From Piromyces finnis finn (taxonomy: Eukaryota; Fungi; Neocallimastigomycota), in assembly GCA_002104945.1 (NCBI GenBank), contig MCFH01000034.1, forward strand, positions 496,001 to 560,000: 64,000 bases of DNA, written 5' to 3'. This document shows positions 29,785-42,400 of the stretch, in pieces. Under the pieces are notes generated by a model. It saw nothing but the letters and a program-made list of their open reading frames with translations, had not been told where the DNA came from and did no database searches. Position numbers and translations under genes: made by a program. Within the stretch, counting starts at the first letter, position 1, and the number at the start of each line of letters is the position of its first letter.

Positions 29785-29837
29785 ATATATAAATATATAA
29801 ATAAATAAATAAATAAATAAATAAACGAATGAATAGA

Positions 29838-29872
<35 letters not shown>

Positions 29873-29897
29873 ATGAATAAATAAATAAATAAATAAA
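29716..29897. repeat. (AAAT)n microsatellite with AATG variants
   Basis: Seen directly; it is the reverse complement of the 3869-4165 motif class. Confidence 0.95.
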
Positions 29898-32500
29898 TTA
29901 TAAATGTAAAACTATCTCCTTTTATTTCTTATTATTTTCAATTGGATAATATTTAAATTTGTGTAAATAACAAATCAATTGTTACAATATATTATTCATT
30001 ATACCTTATATATTTATAATATATTACAATATATTGTTATAATTTCATTTGTAAAATAATAACAAAATAAATTAAATTTGTAAAAAAAAAAGAATCAATA
30101 GAATCATATATTGTTTTATATTTATACCATATATTAAATATATAAACTATTTTAAAAATAAATTAAAATATTTAAAATTGGAAATAATATTAATGTAACA
30201 CATAATATATTACATTTTAATATACGTTAAACCATTCATTTTATTGTATTGTATTAGAAGACGTTGGTTGTTTCTACTTGTTTTATACAGGAAAATTGTG
30301 GTAACACAAGCTAATTTATGTAGCAAAGAATAATAGTAATTTTGACACTTTCAATACTAAAAACAAAACAATTATTATTCTTTTTTTAAAAAAAAAAAAA
30401 GTGGTGGATTTCTTTTTAAAAAGTGTATAATAAGTTGATTATTAGTAAAATTTACTTTTCTTATTTATTAGACGAAATGTTATTTTTTCTATAGGTTTAA
30501 CTCTATTTTTTTAATAAAAAAATAATTTTAATGAGAACATCATTTAATTAAAGGAAATAAAAAAAAAAAAAAGATTCATATATATGATGTATATGATATA
30601 GCAGTGAGTAGGTGATGTACTTATTAATTATAAATATTAATAAATGAAATATTATAATGATAATATAATATCAACAATTAATTGTAATGCTGATGATTAT
30701 TATTACAAATCATTACAAGCTATTATAAATATTAATTAATATCTATACTTCTATTGTTAAATCTGTGATTTATTGTTCTTACAATTAAATAATACATTTG
30801 CATATGATCCTTGTTATTTACATTGACAGATTAATTATTTAAATAGTTTTTGTGTATGATTTTAATATAATTGCTACAAAGTTAAAGGCCATTAATCAAT
30901 ACAAACCCTTTGATTTTTAATAAGTAAATCAAATTTTAATGAATATAAAACTCTATTATTCCATCTATATATAAATATAAATGATTACTTCTCCAATATT
31001 TTTTTTCTTTTTTTAAACACCAACATAATTAAAAGGCTTAATAAATAAATTGGTATTGGTGTTATAGCTATTCATTATGTATTAGGAAATAAATTAAATA
31101 CATTCAATATAATACCATTATTGATCTTTCATTATATTTATTTATTTTGTATTAAACTATATTTATTATTAAAATATATTAAATAGCCAGATATCAACTT
31201 TTTAACCTTTTCATTACATATATATTTTACTAGGTATTTTAACTCTATTTCTTCTATTCATTATCCCTTTACCTACGACGACGACGACGACGTCTTTACT
31301 TTGGTTGTATTAAAATTATTATAATAAATTAACTTATATTAAATTATGTTTAATATATTAATTAATATAAAAACAATATAATAATTTATTATATGAAAAC
31401 CAATTGATAATATATCATTTTAATATAAATCAATCAATAAAATATTCATAAATTATTAATATCAAAAAAAAAAAAAAAAAAACATAATTTTTTATATATA
31501 AAAATTAATATAATAAAATATCACCTTTTTAATTTTTTTTATCAGACTTTTTACACAATTCTTTTTTTACTATAATTTGAGATTTGTTATTATTATTAAA
31601 AAAAAAAAAAAGAAATATATATATAAATTTAATCATTATCTGTATTTTTAAAGTATTGGAAGTCAATAGATTAAAAAAAGTTATAATAACAATTCTTGTA
31701 AAAAAGAATAAAAAGATAATAATAATAATAATAAAAGAACCTTAAAAAAATAAACAATAAACGTTTAATTGAAAAAATACAAAAATAATATATAATATGC
31801 ATATATAGAAATTGATAATAGTATATATCAACGTATTTCATTTATTTATTGTTTACGGAACAATCGCATAATTGTCATTTTCAAGATAATTTGAAAAGTA
31901 TATTTTTATACTAAACTTGATTATTATAAAAGTAATTTGAAAAACCTCTTATATTATTATTATTTCAAATTAATTGATTACAGTTATGTAAAACATTTTA
32001 ATTTTGTGAAAATAGTCGTATTCTATTAAGTCACAACATCAAAATCATAAATATTTTAAATATATTTGAAAAATCCACATAGAGAGAAAAAAAAGTAGTA
32101 TAAAGACAACAACAAAAAAAAAAGTAGCAAAAGTAAAATAATAAAGTGAAATAAATTCTTTGAAAGATTTATTGACATTATTAAAATTTAAATATACGTT
32201 AATTTTCTTTATATAAAGTTTAAAAAGATAAAGGCAAAAAGTTTAAATAGTTATAATACAAAATAATATTTATTTAATTTATTTTCAAAAGGTAATGAAA
32301 ACAGATTTAAAATAAATATTTTAAGATATCTTATAATTGGCATATTATTTATTGATATATAATATAAATAGTTTTTTTTTTTAGTATGGAAACAGGTAAT
32401 AAAATAAAAATTTAAAATGAATACAACCTAAATTTTTACTTATTGGTACGATTTTTTTTTCTTTATATAATATTTAGAAAACGTAATTCTTAAAAAGTCA

Positions 32501-35021
32501 ATGTCTAATGCAAGTACATATTATCAGAAATCAAAATTTGCTTCATCATCAGATACAAATATAAGAAAAATAGGTAGTCTACAACAATTTCAAGAAGATG
32601 AAATTTCTTCTGTATCTACTTATTCTTCGCAGTTCAATACAAACTCATCAGGACTCTATACCCCAAGAAAAAAAGTAGGCGTAGCAAAATTATCTGACAG
32701 TATTATCTCTTTAAGTGATTTTAGATACACTGATACCCATCCTCAACAACAAAGAATAATATTATGTCAACTTCAAAAACATACAAATAAATTAATTCAA
32801 GAAGGAAAAATAAGACCATTACCAAAAGATGCCCAGAAAGGAAAGAAAGGTAAACATTTTAATTGTTTAATTTTAAAATAAAAAAGAATCAATACTAATA
32901 AATATATTTTAAACGGTAAACACAATATCTTTAAAAAATAAAACAAATATAAAAAACAATAATAACGGCAAAAACAACAATCATTTTTAAACCATATATA
33001 TATGATTATATAAAATAACAACAACAATGTCCGCCAAAACAAAACAAATATAAAAAATCGTCATCATCGTCAAAACAAAATAAATATAAAAAATTATCAT
33101 CATCGTCAAAACAAAACGTATATGAAAAATAAAAATAACAGAATATAGTATGAAACCAAAGTCTAGAACAATGAATCGTATTAATGCCTTTCTTACAAAG
33201 AAAAAATCAAAAAAAAGTAAAGAAGGTATATAATTGTTTTGATTTAAATATTTATATTAGAAAATATTTACAAGATATTAACTATTGATAAACAATGAAA
33301 ACATATATTTATGTATAATTATAGAAAATCTTCATATCTTAAAATTAGCAGTCCATGACCATAGAGTTCAACAAGCTTGTTCAATTATTGATGATTTATC
33401 ATCCAATACATTTAGAAAAAGAAATTTCTCAGAAGCTAATGATATATTTTTAAAAGCAATGCTTAATAATTTGGAGCCAGTTGTATTATCAATGCTTGAT
33501 AAAGGATTCCCTCCAAATATTAATTTACCAATTTTTGAAATTCAAATGAGTAATGATATTAAAGTTGATTTACCTTCATATTTCATTTTAGCTGTAGCTC
33601 TTGGTATGGATAATGTAATTAAAGTCATGATAAAAGTAAGCATTAAAATGATAATGTTAAAGAAAAAAAGATTTTATTATAATAGTAATCTTTAATGATT
33701 AAATTATTAACGATCATGGAATGATAATTTATTATTTTATAGAAAGCCTATATCAATCAATCATGGAATGGTTTAACGGCATTACATATTGCCTGTTGTA
33801 AAGGGGATGAAAAATTAATTAATTTGCTCATTGATTATGGTGCTGATGCATCTCAACCTATACCAGTAGAACAATATTTGAATTTAGGTAGATTAAAATC
33901 GCTTGAAGCACGAATTATAACACAAAAAAAGAGTGTACTTAGTGGAACTTATATGGAAGAACAATTGGGAACAAATAATTACATCCCTCAAAACAGTTCA
34001 TTAATAAAGCCAAATGTAAAAGCACCCTTCTTGTTCCCTATTGATTTTGCAGCAGCCACTGGAAATATAAAAATAGCAGGTCTAATAATTAACAAGTAAG
34101 ATTTAGCATTGCTATCTATCATGAGTTTTTGTATTTACATAAAGATATGTTATGATTAATAATTAAATTTTTTTCTTTTTTTTCTATTAGGGTTGATATT
34201 AATGGTATAAGAAGAAGTAGGTATTGTTTGATGATGCAACAACAATATAATATGAGTATGGTATTGTTAAAATATGGTGCTACATTTCCACAAGTGAATA
34301 TATGGTAATTATTTCAAAAAAATTTTTTATCGACTTTATCTCTAAAAGACTATTATTAATTTATTGCGTATTCAAACTGTCATTTATTATTTCATAGGAA
34401 TGATACACCTCTTCATATTGCCTCTCGACAAGGAAATTTAAGACTTGTTATTGTCTACTCATATTTATTTAATGTAAATACACCTGGACAAAATGGATGG
34501 TATGTATTTTAAATAAATGAAAAAATATAATATTTTAATTAGAGGGATGCGTAATTTATTTTAATCCAAAATTTTATACTAATATTAAAGGTATCCACTT
34601 CATGAAGCCATTGTAAGAAATCATAGAGATGTTTGTCAATATTTACTAAAAAGAGGTGCCTCCACAGAATTAACTAATTATGAAGGTTTGACACCAAAAC
34701 AATTAGCAGAAAAATGGGGAATATCAAGTAGTGATATTGAATCATGTTTAGGTATATTTTGATAATATCAATAATTATTAAGTAAAAACAAAATTTTAAT
34801 CTCTTTTTTTAAATAAAATATATTTATACATAAAAAAAAAAGATCAAACGGTTGAATTTGTTGTTGAAAATGAAATCAGTGAGAAAGAAATTTTAGCTAA
34901 AGTTAATCGCTATTTATCAAATTTAGCTATAATGAATTCATCAAGAATAAGACAAACTAAAAAGAAAAGTCAAATATTATTACCAAAAGTATTCCAAAAA
35001 GAACAATCCGCACATAAATAA
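32501..35021 (+). CDS. Ankyrin-repeat protein of unknown function; ~8 exons
   Basis: Repeats NGLTALHIACCKGDEKLINLLIDYGAD, FPIDFAAATGNIKIAGLII, NDTPLHIASRQGNL and GWYPLHEAIVRNHRDVCQYLLKRGA; GT-AG introns. Confidence 0.8.
33035..33117. repeat. 36-bp tandem repeat (~2.3 copies) in ankyrin gene intron 1
   Basis: caaaacaaaa(c/t)aaatataaaaaat(cg/ta)tcatcatcgt starts at 33035, 33071 and 33107. Confidence 0.7.
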
Positions 35022-36306
35022 AATTGATCATCATCATCAAGTCTTTTCTTTTTATTTTAAACTACAATTAACCAATACGCTAAACAAATATTTTATTAAC
35101 ATATATATTAAAAAAAATAGAAACTAAAGTATTAAGTTTTTAAAAAAAAATATTCTTTTTTTTCGCAATTTTATAATTTTTATTATTTTTTTAAACAAAA
35201 CAAAACGAGAAAAATAAGTAAATATAAAAAAAAAAAACGAAACAAAAAAACTAAAAACAAACAAAACAAAAAAAAAGCAAAAAAAAAAAAATAAAGCAAA
35301 AAAAAAAAACATACAGGAATAAATAAAATTATAAAATATTTATACTTTCAACGCAAAGAAATGAATATAATATATACATCAATATCAATAAAATTTACAT
35401 TAAACAATAATAATATCCTAAAAGAAAAAATTCCATGAATTATATATATATATAAAATCTATTATAAATTTATAAATAATAAAAGTAAAATAACAATATA
35501 AATATGTAATATTTTTAAATTTGGTTTAACTAAAAATAGTATTATTTATATTATTTATTTAATTTACATTATATATATGTTAAAAAACATTCAAAAAAAA
35601 AAAACCTCTTTTTTTCTTTTTATATAAATATATAATTATTTCTTTATAATAAATTCCACCTACCATTAATCCTTTTTTTTTTTTTTTATTTCTTTTTATT
35701 TTTATTTTTTTTTATGCTTTTTTTTTTTTTTCCTTTCCTCATCGTTGACCTTGATATTCATTAGTAAAAAAAAAAAAAAAAAAAAAAAAAGAATCATTCA
35801 TATTATGTATTAATCTAATATATAAATATCTAATAATACCAACATTATCAATTATCATTTATATTTTATTGTAAAAGAAGTGAAGTTTAAAAAATATAAA
35901 TATATAAATAACCAAAAACAAAGTAAAAAATTATGTTTAATAGGATATCTTTTAAAATTAACAAAGTATATAAAATAAAATAAAACAAAACAAAAAAAAA
36001 TAAAATAAAAAAAAAATTGAAAAAAAAAAAACTTTCAAAATTGTTTAATGCTTAAAAAGCAGCTACATTCCTTTCCTTTTATTATTTAAAAAATATTTAA
36101 AAAATTTTTTCTTTTCTTTTGGTAAAAATTTATACTTTAAAAAAAAAGTGGGTTGGGTAGTACAATTAAAAGTAAAAAATAAAAAAAAAAAATTAAAAAA
36201 TTAAAAATGGTTAAAAAGGTTTATTGAAACAATTTGCTTAAAAAAAAAAAAAAAAAAAATTGAAATTATAAAATAAAAAAAATAAATATAAATATTTTTT
36301 ATTTTT

Positions 36307-36338
<32 letters not shown>

Positions 36339-36341
<3 letters not shown>

Positions 36342-36415
36342 AGCTCTATTATTGTACCAACCTATATTGAAGCAAAAGAATTGGCAGACTGGATTTTGGA
36401 TCCAAATATGAAAGC

Positions 36416-36454
<39 letters not shown>

Positions 36455-37411
36455 AAAGAAATTTAAAAATAAAAATTATTAATTCACCTAATAATAAGAA
36501 GAAATAATAAGAATAAGAATAAGAAATAATAATAATAACAATATTGTTGCTATTATTGTTATAATTATTATATACTCATATTAAATTCATTATTATTTTT
36601 TATTATAACGAAATCCTAATTAAAATATTTCAAAAAAAATTATTTATTCTTTTTTTTTTTTTTTTTTTTTTTTTTATAGCATATATATATAATATTAAAA
36701 TTCATAAAGTATTAAATAACCCTTTTTTATTATTATTATTATAATAATTTTCCAATTTTTATAATGAAAAAAAAAAAGAAAGGATTACATTATAATTGAT
36801 GTTAGAGATGATGACTATCCTGTAATTATCCATTTTATTTTTATTCATATTAATTTAAAATATTTATTTATTACTTATATAAAATAAATATAAATATATA
36901 TATATATAATAATAATTAAAAACAATTTTAAAAAAAATAAATAATTCAATTTATTATAATAATTCAAAATTGAATTCATATTACACCAAATATGTCTCTA
37001 TATTGCTATAATATTAATAATAAAATAGTTATTTTACTACTATTATTAACTAATTTTATTTATAAAAATAAAATACACCTTTTTTTTTTTTTTTACAAGT
37101 TTGGTAATATATGTCATTGTAAAAATATACCAAGTATTAAATTTTTAGATAATATTGAACATTATGTTTTAAAATGTAAAAGAATTCCAAAAATTGTTTT
37201 TCACTGTGCCATGTCTCAAGTTCGTGGACCAAAATGTGCTAATCGTTATGCACTTACTTTAAATAGTTTATTAGAAGCAGGAGAAATTGAAGATATTGAC
37301 CAAAAAGTTTATATTTTAAGAGGTGGTTTTATGAATTTCCAAAATATCTATAAAACAAATCCAAATCTTGTAGAAAATTTAATAGAAGATTATTGGCTTA
37401 ATCCATACTAA
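36339..37411 (+). CDS. ibp1: Rhodanese-fold Cdc25-like phosphatase/arsenate reductase (Ibp1/Ych1/Acr2 family); 3 exons
   Basis: Exon 1 MSSIIVPTYIEAKELADWI, exon 2 DYIIIDVRDDDY, exon 3 with the active-site HCX5R motif (FHCAMSQVRGPKCA) and ILRGGF. Confidence 0.88.
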
Positions 37412-38085
37412 CTTTTTTTTTTTTCATCATTTTAAAATAATTATTTATAGATAAATATAACTTTTTTTTTTTTTTTTTAGCAATACAATAAATAAAATGA
37501 ATGCTTTTCAAAGTTAATAGTTTTATAAATCATTGAATAAAATAAATAAAAATATAAATTTATAATTTATTAAAACTTTTCTTGCAAAAAAAAAAAAAAA
37601 AAAAATAATTATTAAATAATTTAAGAATACATAAAGTATTGGCAATGGTGAAAATTGGCCAAAATATTTAATGTTAAATAAAAATTATAAAGTGGAAAGG
37701 AAAAAAAAAAAAAAAGTGAACCTTTCTATGTATCTTAAAAATGTTAAGAATGAGGTGAGAAGAAAGGATTCCTTTTAAAGAAAAAGAAATAGGAACAATT
37801 TAAGACTTTGTTAAAATTAATAATAATAATAAAAAGAAAAAGAAAAAATGTATTCTATTAAATTAATTTCAATAGGTCATAATATGGAGTAATCCCTGGT
37901 TATTTTTATTAAAGATAGTATAAATATAAAATTTGGTATATTAAAACTCAAATATTATTTGATTTATGACATCGTTTAATAAAACAATTTAATTTTCTTC
38001 TCTAAAAAGTCTGGCAGATGGTTTATTACTTGTTGCTGTTGATTTTAGTATTTTAGTATGAAAAGTAGTCAAAAAAAAAAAGTTA

Positions 38086-38668
38086 TTTTAACCATGATTT
38101 TTTTTTTTTTTTTTTTTTTTAACTTCCGAGTGCATTTCTCCCATCGATCAGAGTTAGCTCCAATGGTGGTTCTTAGAGAAACGTTGGCTCATTCCTATTG
38201 CTAGGTGGTTGTGACCCTCCTGGTCTGTCATACTGTTTCTTCAGCTTCGACGCTCACTTAATCCATGTACATTAGATGCATGTCGTTGTACGATATTTCA
38301 CAACTACAATGCTAAGCCTCTTATAGTCAATTTGATCACGTGTCAACCGCCCCCTAATGTTTACACTTAAATTGATTAAGGAATATTATGTGTTTTTGGC
38401 ATAGCCTAAGTCACCACTTATTAAGTTCTAATTTGGAATGTACCATGTACACTAGACCCTCTCAGGCCGGCTAGACGAGTGTTATTATCATAGTAGTAAA
38501 TTAGAAAGTTCATTTATACTTACCTGAATATCATAACCCAACCCATGGCAAACCCAGTGGGAAAATCCACAGGCACTGACATCTGCGGGGTCGAACCAGA
38601 AGCCTTATGTATGCTAAGGAAACGCCTTAACAACCAGGATAAAAACTGGAACGACTTTTAACCATGAT
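38086..38668 (-). mobile_element. Non-autonomous non-LTR retroposon (tRNA-derived SINE-like): 13-bp TSD, ~535-bp body, 22-nt poly(A)
   Basis: The direct repeat ttttaaccatgat lies at 38086-38098 and 38656-38668. A T-tract at 38099-38120 forms a poly(A) tail on the minus strand. The body is ~42% GC by hand count, has no sizeable ORF and begins with a tRNA-like head carrying B-box GGTTCGACCCC. Confidence 0.82.
38575..38648 (-). promoter_or_regulatory. tRNA-Ala(AGC)-derived head with internal Pol III A-box-like and B-box elements
   Basis: Minus strand reads TATCCTGGTTGTTAAGGCG-TTTCC-TTAGCAT-ACATA-AGGCT-TCTGG-TTCGACC-CCGCA. This has the same spacing as tRNA-Ala(AGC) and an identical TTAGCAT anticodon loop. 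The stems are broken, so it is not a functional tRNA. Confidence 0.7.
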
Positions 38669-38857
38669 ATCATTTATTATATATATATATATATAATAAA
38701 AAAAGAATTATTAAATATCTTTTATAATTTCAAAAATACTTTTTTAAACACTAAACCGTTTTTTATTAAATGTAACCTTTTTTTTTTTTTTATTTTTATT
38801 TATTTTATTTTATTTTATTTTTTTTTATAATATATAATTTATTAATTTTATTTTCTG

Positions 38858-38889
<32 letters not shown>

Positions 38890-38992
38890 TTATTATTTAT
38901 TTATTTATAATAAATGTAAATGTAAACTAATTTAATTAGGTGACTCTTACATAAAAGAAAAAAAAATTAATTATTATATAGTATAGTAAATG

Positions 38993-39025
<33 letters not shown>

Positions 39026-39471
39026 TATTAAATTAAAATAGAATGTGTATTAAATTAATTGTTTTGTTTTGCTCGTTTTTTTTTTTTTTAATACCTAATT
39101 TCCTCGGTCTTCTATTTGCTATTTTTTTTTTATATACATATAAATATAATTTTTAAAATAGCCAAATAAAAGAAAAACTATATATATACATAAATATATA
39201 TTTTTGGGCATGGAACTATTTTCAATCTTTATCATCTTTTTTGTTTTTCTCTTCCAATTATAATATAAAATACTTATAATAATATTATATGATTCTTTTA
39301 TATCAATATGTTTTTTTTTTTTTCCTTTTTATTTTTATTCTATTTTATTAATATTATTATTATTACTATTTTTTTTTTTTCCATTTTGTAAAATAATTAT
39401 TTTACAAAAAATAAAAAAAAAAACTATAAAATAAATAATAATATTAATAAAAATAAAAATAAAAAAACAAC

Positions 39472-42400
39472 CTATTTAACCTTCTTCTTGAGCTTTTTAT
39501 TATTTCCCTTAGCTTTTGAATTATCATCTATTTTTGCTTTTCCTGGTTTGTTTTTATTAGAATTATTGGTGTTGGAGGAAGTACCATTTTTAAACTTTTT
39601 CTTATTATTGTTGTTGTTATTATTATTATTATTGTTATTATTATTACTGTTGTTGTTGTTAACCGTTACATTATTTGGATTTGGATTAGCAATAGTGGTG
39701 GTGGTGGTGGTGGTATTAAGAGTATTTGAATTATTAACATTCTTGTTATTTTCAGTTTCGGATTTTTTATTATTAAATTTTTGTTGCTTCTTTACTTTAT
39801 TTTTGGAATTCTTTTTGTTTGTCATACTCTTTTGGCCATTTTCTTCCTTTTTTATTGCGTTTGTAATATTGCCATTTTGGATGTTTTTGTTTGTATTATT
39901 TGAATTATTTGTAATTATTGTGGTCGTTACGGTCGTTATGACAGTGGTTTCATCTCCTTTATTCTTTTCTAAACTTTTATCTTTATTTTCTTTTAATTTA
40001 TTATTGTTATGAGCTTTGGTTTCCTTAATAGTAAAAGAATTAATACGATTTTTATGACCAACAATACTATTCTTTCTTTTTCCTCCTTTATTATTTTCTT
40101 CCTTTTTATTATTCTTATTATAATTATTTTTATTCTTTTGATTTCCTATATTACAACCATGCTTTGATTTCTCCTTGACTTCGCTTTTGTTTTGATTATT
40201 CATTTTATTATCTTTACTTTTATTATTAGCATTATTCTTTTTATTCTTCTTTTCTTTGGGAGGACTGACTAAATTAGTATTGCTGCTTATACTACCAACA
40301 CCTTTGATAGCTAACTTTCCTTTTTCGTTTTTCTTATTATCATGAATACTACTGTCAAAACTTTTTTTACCTTTACCAGTATTAATTTTATTTTCTTTGT
40401 TATTTTTATAGTCAATAAGTACATCATTGACAATAATGTTATTTTCTAAATTAATTTCAATACTGGAATTTTTATTCTTTATATTTAATAAAAATTCACT
40501 TCCTTTACTTCCAGAAAGATTATTTCGAATGTTAATATTACTGTTTTGTCCTTTACAATCTTCCTCAGATCCTGGTTCTTCTCCTTTAGAATATATTTCG
40601 CCTGGTTCACAACTAATTTCCTCATTATAAAGCGTTCTTTCTTCTTCACTTTTATTACCATCTAAATAAATAATGGCTTGTTCCTCGTCAGTATGATGAC
40701 TAGCTAATGAAAATTCTGTTGGACCATCATTTTTTCCTGTATTCTTGATAGCAAAATTCTCCATCTTATTTCCATTTTCTTCGCTATTGTCTCCATGTAA
40801 ATAATTGGGTTTTTTCTTTTGTGGTTTATAATTATCTTTGGCAGTATTACTACCTTCTTCATTTTCCTTAGATTTTTGTTTTCCAATAGTATGACCATTT
40901 TCACCAGATGATTTTTTATTAGCCTTATTAACAAGGAATTGTGAATTTGGCCATTGAGACTTTTTATTTTCTAACTTTCCATAATACTTTTTATTACCAC
41001 TAAATGTTGTTTTGGAAGAACGATCGCTCTTACTTTCTTTGGTTAAATCTTTTTTGTCTTCTAATACGCCGTCATGACTAATTTCTTTTGGTATATTCTC
41101 ACGAGAAGCAAGTATTGGATTTAGAGAATTATCAACAACGACGGGAACTAAGGGTTGATACGTATGATATAAACTACCTTCAGGAATTGTTATATTATTA
41201 TTTGAGGCGTATATAGCTTGATTTGTTGCGGGTATGATTGGTATTGTTTCAACAGCATAGCCTAAAGGTTGTGCCCTACTTTGGTATGGACTTCCTGGAG
41301 GATGAGCAGCAGTTTGTGCTGGAATAAAGTAATTTATTAGGTTTACATTATTAAGTTTGGTGTAATAATGACCATATGCATTACCACTAAGTACAGGGAA
41401 AGAAGTAGTATAGCCTGTCATTACAGATTGACTATTTTCACCATTTGGCTTTATTTTATTACTACTGCTACTACTACTGCTACTACTACTATTTCCCTGT
41501 GTAGTAACTGAATTTACGTTTGAATTATTTAAATTAATAAATATAGGATAAGGTGGATATCTCGCGCTATTAATTATGTTTTGTTGTTGTTGTTGTTGCT
41601 GTTGTTGTTGTTGCTTACTGATACCTTCTTCAGTTAATGTCATTTTTTGATCTTGAGCTTGAACATAAACAAATTGTTTATAAAATTGGGCACATTCTTG
41701 ATTTACATAACTATAATAATTATTAAAATTATTTATAATCACAGGTTTAGATGAATTAGTTTGATCTTCTGTACCTTTACTACTTGTAGTAGCTTCATTA
41801 TTAGTATCATCATCCATATCTTTAATTTCATTACTTTCAGTTTCATTTTTATCATTTTCTAATTCCTCGATTTGGGTATCATCTTTTATTTCATTTTTTC
41901 CTTTATTCTTTTTTCTTTCAACTTGATCTATATTACTTTGTGAATTATCACCAACTATATTTTCATTACTACTACTTATATTATTAATATCGGTTGCTGA
42001 GGTTTTAGAGGCGTACGTTGATGTGATACTATTTGTAGTCATATTATTACTGCGATTATAGTTATTATTTAATTTATTTTCATTATATGCTTTAGTATCA
42101 TTTCTACCATCACTAACAGCATTTTTATTGCGATTAATACTTAAATTAGAACTATTATTATAGTAATATTGGGGTGAAGAAGATAACGAAGTTGAATTAT
42201 CGATATTTCTATGGTGCTCTATAAATCTATTTTTAATGACAATTTTTTCATTATCCATTTCATCAGTTTCTTTATTACTTACATAGTTTGATTTATCATG
42301 TTTTCTATTATTATGAATATCTTTGTCTATATAATTATTCCTATTGAAGTTATTGTTTCTTTTATTATTAATGTAGGATGAATTAGAGTTAGAATAATGA

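Noticed and set aside
38121-38160. Minimal hammerhead ribozyme (CTGATCGA...GAAA-TGCA) at the element 3' end
   Set aside because: The core has an extra base (CUGAUCGA versus CUGANGA), and stems I and III do not pair cleanly. The other CTGAAGA (~38238-38244) has no stem II/GAAA. No HDV-like fold could be built either. An Infernal search would settle it.
38341-38560. Telomerase RNA template (ccctaa / taacccaaccc motifs)
   Set aside because: No 1.5-repeat template and no Sm site before the donor; the retroposon hallmarks explain the region.
38516-38655. U1 snRNA gene (plus strand begins ATACTTACCTG)
   Set aside because: No U1-70K loop (GATCACGAAG), no U1A loop (ATTGCAC) and no Sm site downstream. 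Better explained as the reverse complement of a perfect 5' splice site.
38575-38655. Functional tRNA-Ala gene
   Set aside because: Acceptor, anticodon and T stems do not pair. Only the loops and spacing survive, and the sequence lies inside a TSD-flanked poly(A) element.
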